The notes beneath the pieces were generated by a model. The model was given only the letters and a program-made list of their open reading frames with translations, was not told where the DNA came from and searched no databases. From Gemmatimonadales bacterium (lineage in GTDB: Bacteria; Gemmatimonadota; Gemmatimonadetes; Gemmatimonadales; GWC2-71-9), in contig DATNOH010000264.1 of assembly GCA_035601435.1 (NCBI GenBank), positions 1 through 52,680 of the forward strand: a stretch of DNA of 52,680 nt. The letters run 5' to 3'. Of this stretch, positions 32,479 through 39,194 are shown piece after piece (position 1 is the stretch's first letter; every line of letters begins with the position of its first letter). The translations under genes were made by a program, and so were the position numbers.

Positions 32479-33338
32479 GGGTGGGGCCTCGCACGCAGCT
32501 GGTGCTTGCCGCCGCGTGCTTTTCGACGGCGGGGGCCGCGATCAAGTGGACCAACTTCGGCGCGTGGCAGGTTGCGGCGGTGCGGGCGCTCGTGGCCCTC
32601 GTGGCGATCCTCGCGCTGATTCCCGAAGCGCGCAGCCGTTGGAGCTGGCGCGTGGCGCTGGTGGGCGTGGCCTACGCGGCAGCGGGGCTGCTGTTCGTGT
32701 TCGCGAACAAGCTGACCACGGCGGCCAACACCGTATTCCTGCAGGCGACGAACCCGCTGTTCGTGGTCGCGCTCGCGCCATGGCTGTTGCGCGAGCGCGT
32801 GCGAGGGGCGGACCTCGCGTTCATGGGTGTCCTGGCCGCAGGCCTGGGGTTGCTGTTCGTCGGCGGGCGGCGACACTTCGCGACCGCGCCGGACCCCTTC
32901 CTCGGCAACGTGCTGGCGGCGGGGAGCGCGGTGGCATGGGCGTTCACGGTCACGGGGTACCGCTGGCTGGCGCGCCAACGAGGCGCCGACCATGGCCCCA
33001 TCGCGGCCGCGGCGGCGTGCGGCAACCTGTTCGTGTTCCTGGTGTGCCTGCCGGGGGCGCTCCCGCTCGCGGCTGGGCGTGCCACCGACTGGCTGATCGT
33101 GGTCTATCTCGGCGTGTTCCAGCTCGGCCTCGCCTACGTGTTCCTGTCGCGCGCCATCACCCGGGTACCGGCACTCGAGGCCTCGCTGTTCCTCTTGGTC
33201 GAGCCGGTGCTGAGTCCGGTGTGGGCCTGGCTTGCGCACGGCGAGACGCCGGGCCCGCTCGCGGTAGTCGGGGGAGCCGTCATCCTGACGGCGACGGCCC
33301 TCAAAGCTTGGACCGACAACCAAATGGTGGCGGCGTGA
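32475..33338 (+). CDS. EamA/DMT-family transporter
   Basis: 287 aa, ten hydrophobic helices in two EamA-like halves. GTGA overlap with the binding-protein stop. Confidence 0.85.
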   Translation: MRVGPRTQLVLAAACFSTAGAAIKWTNFGAWQVAAVRALVALVAILALIPEARSRWSWRVALVGVAYAAAGLLFVFANKLTTAANTVFLQATNPLFVVALAPWLLRERVRGADLAFMGVLAAGLGLLFVGGRRHFATAPDPFLGNVLAAGSAVAWAFTVTGYRWLARQRGADHGPIAAAAACGNLFVFLVCLPGALPLAAGRATDWLIVVYLGVFQLGLAYVFLSRAITRVPALEASLFLLVEPVLSPVWAWLAHGETPGPLAVVGGAVILTATALKAWTDNQMVAA

Positions 33339-34564
33339 GCTCCAGTGCGGTCATCCGGACCTACTACATCATCACAGGACTCTTCAACCTGGCGATGTCG
33401 CTCATCTGGGGCATCGATACGCTCTTCAAGATGAGCGCCGGGCTCGACATCCAGCAGGTGCTGCTCACGAACGCCGCGTTCACCGTCGGATCGATGGTGT
33501 TCGAGGTCCCCACCGGCGTCGTGGCCGACACGTTGGGCCGACGCGTATCTCTGCTCCTCTGCCTTGGCACGCTGTTCGTGACCACGCTCCTCTATGTGAC
33601 CATCGCGTGGCGCGGCTGGGGATTCTCGGCGTTCGTGTGGGTCTCAGTGCTCCTCGGACTGGGCTACACGTTCTACACCGGCGCGGTGGACGCTTGGCTG
33701 GTCGACGCCCTCAAAGCCACGGGCTACACGGAACCGCTCGAGCGGGTGTTCTCTCGGGGACAGATGTTGTTCGGGGCCGCGATGCTCGCGGGCACCATCG
33801 GCGGGGGGCTGCTGGGCCAGATCCGCTTGGACATCCCGTACGTAGTGCGAGCCGCGCTGGTCGTACCGCTGTTCTGGGTGGCGTGGTTCCGGATGCCGGA
33901 GGTCGGGTTCACGCCGCGCGCGTTGCAGCTGCGGCGCGTGCCCGCCGAGCTGCGGCGCGTGTTTGTCGAGGGGCTGCGGTACGGACTGAGCAATCCCGTC
34001 GTCCGGCCCGTGATGTTCGCGTCGTTCGTCTCGATGAGCTTCATGATCTTCGGCTTCTACAGCTGGCAGCGTTACTTCCTGGATCTCTTAGGACGGAATC
34101 TCGTCTGGGTGGATGGCGTGATCAGCGCGCTGGTCGGGTTGAGCCTGATCGTGGGCAACGCGCTCGTCGCGCCCCTCTCGCGCGTGGTGCGGACGCGGAC
34201 CGGAGTGCTGATGGTCTCGGTGGCGATCCAGGCGGTGCTGGCGGTGGCGTGCGGCCTGCTCACGAACTTTTTCGTGGTCGTGTCGCTGTACCTGCTGTAC
34301 GGCGTGGCCGTCGGGCTCGCGCTGCCCGTGAAGCAGGCCTATCTCAACGCCCACATCCCCTCGGCCCAACGAGCGACGATCATCTCGCTCGACTCGATGT
34401 TCGCGAGCAGTGGCGGCGCGCTCGGGCAGACCGTGTGGGGCTGGGTCGCGCGCACGCGCTCGATCGGCACGGCGTGGGCGTGGAGCGGGCTGACGCTGGT
34501 GCTCGGGATTCCACTCTACTGGTTGGCGCGCAGGAGAGACCAGCTTCACGACGCGATAGACTGA
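33335..34564 (+). CDS. MFS transporter
   Basis: GTG start at 33335 (GTGA overlap with the EamA stop; VSSSAVIRTYYIITGLFNL...). Motif A GVVADTLGRRVSLL. Twelve predicted TM helices. The first 347 codons of track ORF 32294..34564 overlap other genes and are rejected. Confidence 0.85.
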   Translation: MSSSAVIRTYYIITGLFNLAMSLIWGIDTLFKMSAGLDIQQVLLTNAAFTVGSMVFEVPTGVVADTLGRRVSLLLCLGTLFVTTLLYVTIAWRGWGFSAFVWVSVLLGLGYTFYTGAVDAWLVDALKATGYTEPLERVFSRGQMLFGAAMLAGTIGGGLLGQIRLDIPYVVRAALVVPLFWVAWFRMPEVGFTPRALQLRRVPAELRRVFVEGLRYGLSNPVVRPVMFASFVSMSFMIFGFYSWQRYFLDLLGRNLVWVDGVISALVGLSLIVGNALVAPLSRVVRTRTGVLMVSVAIQAVLAVACGLLTNFFVVVSLYLLYGVAVGLALPVKQAYLNAHIPSAQRATIISLDSMFASSGGALGQTVWGWVARTRSIGTAWAWSGLTLVLGIPLYWLARRRDQLHDAID

Positions 34565-34576
34565 GCCCGCGATGCA

Positions 34577-34615
34577 GGACGGCGCGGGTCTCCCGAAGCG
34601 AGGCCCGCGCCGTCC
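34577..34615. terminator. GC-rich hairpin between convergent genes (candidate bidirectional terminator)
   Basis: GGACGGCGCGGG (34577-34588) pairs perfectly with CCCGCGCCGTCC (34604-34615), giving a 12-bp stem around a 15-nt loop. No long U-tract follows. Confidence 0.5.
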
Positions 34616-34630
34616 GGCTATCTGAGCGGC

Positions 34631-35044
34631 CTACTTGGTACTGTCTTTCTTTTCCTGTTTGTCCTCGTGCACGTCCTTCCGATCCTGCCGCAGATCCTTG
34701 CGATCCTTGTGTACGTCGCGCACATCGTGGCGGCGATCACGCCGGTCCTGCCGGATGTCACGGCGGTCCTGCCGCAGATCCTTGCGGTCCTGGCGCGCGT
34801 CCTTCACGTCGCCGTTCTTGACGTCCTCCCGGATGTCCTTCCGGTCATCACGGACGTCCTTGCGGTCCTGGTGGATGTCCTTCGTGTCTTGGTGGATGTC
34901 CTTGCGATCGCGGCGCACGTCGCGGCGGTCGTGACGGGCATCTTTGCGAGCGGGCTTCGCGCCGCCTGAGGCCTGAGCCGACAACACCGCAGGAGCGCTC
35001 AGCGCGAGCGCCAGTACGGCAAAAAGAGCGATGTGACGTCGCAT
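34631..35044 (-). CDS. Secreted, highly charged heptad-repeat protein (D-[RKT]-[KR]-D-[IVL]-[RH]-x)n
   Basis: 137 aa. Signal peptide MRRHIALFAVLALALSAPAVLSAQA. About 14 consecutive 7-residue units follow, such as DRKDIHQ, DTKDIHQ, DRKDVRD, DRKDIRE, DRKDLRQ, DRRDIRQ and DRKDVHE. The two + strand ORFs over the same DNA are mirror artefacts. Confidence 0.65.
   Translation of the reverse strand: MRRHIALFAVLALALSAPAVLSAQASGGAKPARKDARHDRRDVRRDRKDIHQDTKDIHQDRKDVRDDRKDIREDVKNGDVKDARQDRKDLRQDRRDIRQDRRDRRHDVRDVHKDRKDLRQDRKDVHEDKQEKKDSTK
34643..34950 (-). repeat. 21-nt periodic coding repeat underlying the heptad protein (bounds approximate)
   Basis: Recurrent gtccttgcggtcctg and gatgtccttc strings on the + strand, with a period of about 21 nt and in frame with the minus-strand CDS. 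Confidence 0.6.
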
Positions 35045-35128
35045 ACATGGTCCCGGTTGGGGTTCGCAGGTGAGACCCTACTACCGGGAAGAGTGTTAAT
35101 AGCGTGACGTGGGTCACACGCGCAGACG

Positions 35129-35566
35129 CTAACGCTGCTTGAACTTGGGTAACTCGCCGTGGTGACGCTTCAAGTACTCCTCGTAAATGTGGCTGTCCGT
35201 GTAATCCCGAATCTCGCTGATCCGATCGCTCCGAAACTTGAGGATGCAGCAGGTCCGCTGGTCCATCACGTCCTTCGGGTCGGACTTCAACCAAGAGCGC
35301 TCGCGGAGCTCCACGATCACCCGATCGTCCGCCTCGTACCAATCGCGCCAGACGTCTTCGGATCCCCAGTCGGCGGCGCCCAGTCCGGCCTCGCGGCTCC
35401 AGAGGGCCTCGAGCACCGCCTTGCGGCCGCGCCATTCGCCCCCGATCCGGCGAGCCCCAGCCACCCAATAGACGATGTCATCGGTGAAGTAGCTCCCCGT
35501 TTCCGCTCGGTTCCCTGCGAACAGCGCCCGCTCGTACGCCCTGGCTACGTCGAGACGGCGGCTCAT
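35129..35566 (-). CDS. SnoaL/NTF2-like family protein
   Basis: Start reset to ATG 35566 (MSRRLDVARAYERALFAGNRAETGSYFTDDIVYWV...), in an ATGA overlap with the upstream stop. About 145 aa with an NTF2-like pattern. Confidence 0.8.
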   Translation of the reverse strand: MSRRLDVARAYERALFAGNRAETGSYFTDDIVYWVAGARRIGGEWRGRKAVLEALWSREAGLGAADWGSEDVWRDWYEADDRVIVELRERSWLKSDPKDVMDQRTCCILKFRSDRISEIRDYTDSHIYEEYLKRHHGELPKFKQR

Positions 35567-36690
35567 ACGGTCAGCTCCTCCGATTGCTCCGGCTCGGGAA
35601 GGGTGCTCGCCTTGCGGCCGGCCCGCTCCATGGGCTTGTCCATCTCGGCCTTGTGTCGATCGATGATGGTCCAGAAATCGAGCGCGCGGCCGAGCAGCTC
35701 GTAAGCGGCCTCCTTGAGCGTGTCGCTCGTCCGCACCTGCCGCACGTTGTTCTGCATGTCCTCGGCATCCCAGCCGCGCGAGTGCGCGATGAAGGGGAAT
35801 GGCGGGAACACGAAGCCGAGTTCCGCCCAGAAGGTGAACATGGCGCCCGCGACCGCCTGGATGTTGTCCTGGCCGCCAGTGATGATGAACGCCGCCACCT
35901 TGTTCCGGATCAACACCTTGTTCTGGATCGTGACCTGGTTCTGAACGCAGTTCAAACGCTCGATCATCTTGTAGTACAGCGACGATGCGTTCCCCCACCG
36001 AATGGGCGTGCCGATCAATACCAAGTCGGCCCAATGCACCAACCCCTCGTACACTGCCGTGAGCTGATCCTCGGGATCGCGTTCCGTGATGGCGCAGGGC
36101 CAAGTGCAGGCGCGCGCCGCCTTCGAGTAGTTGCCCTCACAGTGGCGGAACTTGAGGTCGCGCAGCTTGATGTGCTGCGTATCGGCTCCGCGACGCTTCG
36201 CCTGCTCCAGGGCGTGCTCGAGCAGCGCGTCCGACGTGGAGAAGCGCGGGTTCACATCGTCCATTGCCGTGGTGGAGATGACCAGCACACGGGGCGGCGC
36301 GCCGGCGGGCTTGGGGTCCGCCTCGAGCAGGTGCGACGGCTTGTGCTTGACGAGCTTCCGTGGCATCACCGGCGGCGTCTGGACGTAGACGCCGTCGTCG
36401 CGCTGCTCGACGGCGAACACGGGGACCTGCTCTTCGTCGTAGCCTTCGGGGCCCTTGCCCGTGATGACGCTGTACTCCCAGGCGTGCCACGGACACATCA
36501 CGAACTCGCCGTGGAGCCGGCCTTCGCTCAAGGGGCCGCCCTTGTGGTTACAGGCGTTGCTGATCGCGCGGAACTGACCGTCATGGTGGAAAAGGGCGAC
36601 CGACCAGCGGTCGAGATTGAAGGCGGCGGGGACGCGAGCGAGCAGCTCGCGCTTGTCGCCGAGGCGGTGCCATGTGGTCATGGGACGCAT
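35563..36690 (-). CDS. Rieske [2Fe-2S] domain fused to a flavodoxin-like NAD(P)H-dependent FMN reductase domain
   Basis: 375 aa. CNHKGGPL...CPWHAWEY is the Rieske CxH...CxxH motif. C-terminal part: RVLVISTTAM...LIGTPIRWGNASSLYKMIERL...FIITGGQDN. Confidence 0.85.
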   Translation of the reverse strand: MRPMTTWHRLGDKRELLARVPAAFNLDRWSVALFHHDGQFRAISNACNHKGGPLSEGRLHGEFVMCPWHAWEYSVITGKGPEGYDEEQVPVFAVEQRDDGVYVQTPPVMPRKLVKHKPSHLLEADPKPAGAPPRVLVISTTAMDDVNPRFSTSDALLEHALEQAKRRGADTQHIKLRDLKFRHCEGNYSKAARACTWPCAITERDPEDQLTAVYEGLVHWADLVLIGTPIRWGNASSLYYKMIERLNCVQNQVTIQNKVLIRNKVAAFIITGGQDNIQAVAGAMFTFWAELGFVFPPFPFIAHSRGWDAEDMQNNVRQVRTSDTLKEAAYELLGRALDFWTIIDRHKAEMDKPMERAGRKASTLPEPEQSEELTV

Positions 36691-36720
36691 CCGTTAGAGG
36701 CAGTGTAGATTGTAGCCCGC

Positions 36721-37866
36721 ATGAAAGATCGGAGCGAGATCGGGATCGTCGAGGCGACGGCCCGCTACGAGGCTTGGCTCGCCGAGCGGATTCCCCTCGT
36801 GAAGGCCGATCTCGAGCTCAAGCATCGAGCAATGAGCGCCGGGATTTTCCCCTTCTTCCGTGCCACCTTCTACCGCTGGGCGGCCCGCTGGCGGGCGCTG
36901 GCGGGCGACGTCGCCGTGGCTCCGACGGTGCTGGCCGTCGGCGACCTCCACGTGGAGAACTTCGGCACTTGGCGCGACGCCGAGGGGCGGCTGGTGTGGG
37001 GCGTGAACGATTTCGACGAAGCGTGGACCCTGCCGTACACCAACGACCTGGTGCGGCTCGCGACCAGCGCGCTGATCGCACGCGAATATCACGATCTGAG
37101 AATCGACGGCAAGGAGGCCGTAAATGCGATTCTCGAGGGCTACCGGGAGGCCCTCGAGGAAGAGGGACACGCGTTCGTGCTGGCGGAGCATCACACCGCG
37201 CTGCGCGAGATGGCGGTGTATCGACTGCACGATCCGGAGACCTTCTGGGACAAGCTCGAGTCGCTCGCGACGGTGAAAACCCCCATCCCGGCGGCCGTGC
37301 TGGCCTCACTGCGACGGGCCCTTCCCGAGCGCGATCTCAAGGTCAGGATCGTACATCGCGTCGCCGGCCTCGGGAGCCTGGGGCGCCAGCGGTTTGTCGC
37401 GCTGGCGGCGTGGCGCGGTGGGCGCGTTGCGCGGGAGGCGAAGGCATTGGCCCCCTCCGCCTGTACGGTGGCGGTGAGCGGCAGCGTCAGGAAGGCGGGG
37501 ATGGTGCGGCGCGCGTGGTGGGCGCTGAGCGGCGCGGCAGGGAAGATCCACTATGACGCGATGCTGCGGCGCGGCGTGCGGTGTCCCGACCCGTGCGTCA
37601 GAGTGGACGGCGCCTGGCTCGTGCGGCGGCTCGCGCCGGACTGCTCGCGCGTACGGCTGAATGAGCTGCCGCACAAGCGTGAGGAAGCACGCCTGCTGCA
37701 CGCCATGGGTTGGGAGACGGCGAATGTCCATCTTGGCAGCCCCGGCTGCCGCGCTATCCGGGCGGACTTGAAGCGGCGCGACAAGCACTGGCTATACGAC
37801 GCGGCCCGCGGCCTGGCGGACGCGGTCGATGACGACTGGAACCAGTGGCGGAAGGCAAACTCGTGA
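36721..37866 (+). CDS. DUF2252-family protein
   Basis: 381 aa. FFRATFYRW...VGDLHVENFGTW...WGVNDFDEA is characteristic of DUF2252. Confidence 0.8.
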   Translation: MKDRSEIGIVEATARYEAWLAERIPLVKADLELKHRAMSAGIFPFFRATFYRWAARWRALAGDVAVAPTVLAVGDLHVENFGTWRDAEGRLVWGVNDFDEAWTLPYTNDLVRLATSALIAREYHDLRIDGKEAVNAILEGYREALEEEGHAFVLAEHHTALREMAVYRLHDPETFWDKLESLATVKTPIPAAVLASLRRALPERDLKVRIVHRVAGLGSLGRQRFVALAAWRGGRVAREAKALAPSACTVAVSGSVRKAGMVRRAWWALSGAAGKIHYDAMLRRGVRCPDPCVRVDGAWLVRRLAPDCSRVRLNELPHKREEARLLHAMGWETANVHLGSPGCRAIRADLKRRDKHWLYDAARGLADAVDDDWNQWRKANS

Positions 37867-39065
37867 GTACAACGGCCCGCTCGCGCTTCGCGGTCATCTT
37901 TTTCACTGTTCTCATCGATCTGATCGGGTTCGGGATCGTAATCCCGATCCTGCCGGTGTACGCTCTCAGATTCGGGGCGCAGGGGCTCGGCTACGGCGCG
38001 CTCGTGTTCGTCTTCTCGGCTATGCAGTTCCTGGCGACGGCGCTGCTCGGCCGGCTGTCGGATCGGATCGGCCGCCGACCCATTCTGCTCACCACGATGG
38101 TGATCAACGCCCTGGGCTACGCTTTGTTCGCCTTCGCCCCTTCGTACGGGGTATTGTTCGTCGCCCGCGTGATCTCCGGGTTCGCGAGTGGCAACATCTC
38201 GGCGGCGCAGGCGTATATGGCCGACATCACGTCGCCGGCGGAGCGCGCCCGCGGCATGGGGGTCATTGGGGCCGCGTTCGGGATCGGATTCGTGCTCGGC
38301 CCTCTGATCGGCGGGCTCGCCGACCACTACGCGGGTCGCCTCGCGCCCGGGCTCATCGCCGCTGGCCTGTCGGTCGTCAACTTCTTCTCGGCGAGCGCCA
38401 TCTTGCGGGAGTCGCTTGCCGTCGAGCACCGCACCACGCGGCCGTTATTCGATCTCGGTCACATGGTGGAAGCGCTGAACCGAAAGGCGCTGCGGCCGCT
38501 GATGCTCGTATGGCTGCTCGCGCCGTTCGCCTTCGCGGGCTATACGGTGGTCCTGCCGCTCCAGACGGCCAAGGCGTTCGCCTGGGGCGCGAGCGAGCTG
38601 GGCTGGCTGTTCGTCCTGATCGGTGCGATCGCCGCGTTGGTTCAGGGCCTTCTGTTCGGTCGGATCGAGCGACACACCGGCGCGCGCGCCCTGCTCATCG
38701 TCGGGTTGTTCGGCATGGGAGTGAGCATCGCGGCGCTGCCCTGGGCCGGCACCAGTCTCCTCGTATACGCCTGGACGGTCCCGCTCGCCTTCACGAATAG
38801 CTTGTTCGCGCCCGCGGCGTCGGGTCTGGTGTCCGTGTACGCGGACCCCACGGAACAGGGCACGATCCTCGGGGCCGCCCAGGCGTTCGCCGCGCTGGGC
38901 CGCAGCCTCGGCCCGCTCGCCGCCGGTTTGGCGTACGACGAGCTCGGCCAGCGCAGCACGTTCCTCCTGGTGGGAGGGGTGATGCTGCTGGGCGGAGTGG
39001 TGGCCCTGTGGTTGCCTAAGAGCGAACAGCCCCGAGTCGTCAGCGAGCAGGCTATCAACACCTAG
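37863..39065 (+). CDS. MFS transporter (TCR/Tet-like drug:H+ antiporter family)
   Basis: GTG at 37863 in a GTGA overlap with the DUF2252 stop; the track start 37845 is also a GTG. LIDLIGFGIVIPILP is present. Motif A is GRLSDRIGRRPIL. Twelve TM helices. Confidence 0.85.
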   Translation: MSTTARSRFAVIFFTVLIDLIGFGIVIPILPVYALRFGAQGLGYGALVFVFSAMQFLATALLGRLSDRIGRRPILLTTMVINALGYALFAFAPSYGVLFVARVISGFASGNISAAQAYMADITSPAERARGMGVIGAAFGIGFVLGPLIGGLADHYAGRLAPGLIAAGLSVVNFFSASAILRESLAVEHRTTRPLFDLGHMVEALNRKALRPLMLVWLLAPFAFAGYTVVLPLQTAKAFAWGASELGWLFVLIGAIAALVQGLLFGRIERHTGARALLIVGLFGMGVSIAALPWAGTSLLVYAWTVPLAFTNSLFAPAASGLVSVYADPTEQGTILGAAQAFAALGRSLGPLAAGLAYDELGQRSTFLLVGGVMLLGGVVALWLPKSEQPRVVSEQAINT

Positions 39066-39194
39066 ACGCAGAGAAGGTTTGCTGCTCCCGTCCGCTGGTC
39101 TCCCCTGTGCGTCTGTGCGTCTAGCTCATGCCTAGCCTGCTCGCTGTTTCGTGCTCCATATTCTCCTCACCCCCAGCAGGAGTCGCATGCGCCC

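Noticed and set aside
32294-33334. N-terminal 347 codons of track ORF 32294..34564, and the antisense ORF 32361..33323
   Set aside because: They overlap the binding-protein and EamA genes in other frames or on the other strand. The MFS protein begins naturally at GTG 33335. The rejected part is Arg/Gly/Pro-rich.
34635-34969. Periodic DNA repeats considered as a CRISPR-like or tandem-repeat array, and the two + strand ORFs there
   Set aside because: The period is about 21 nt with no unique spacers, and it is in frame with a minus-strand CDS that has a signal peptide. This is a coding heptad repeat, not a CRISPR array. The + ORFs are mirror images (SRRS/LRS-rich).
35045-35128. GTGAC-GTGG-GTCAC palindrome in the spacer after the SnoaL-like gene
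   Set aside because: Only a 5-bp stem with no U-tract. Too weak to call a terminator or operator.
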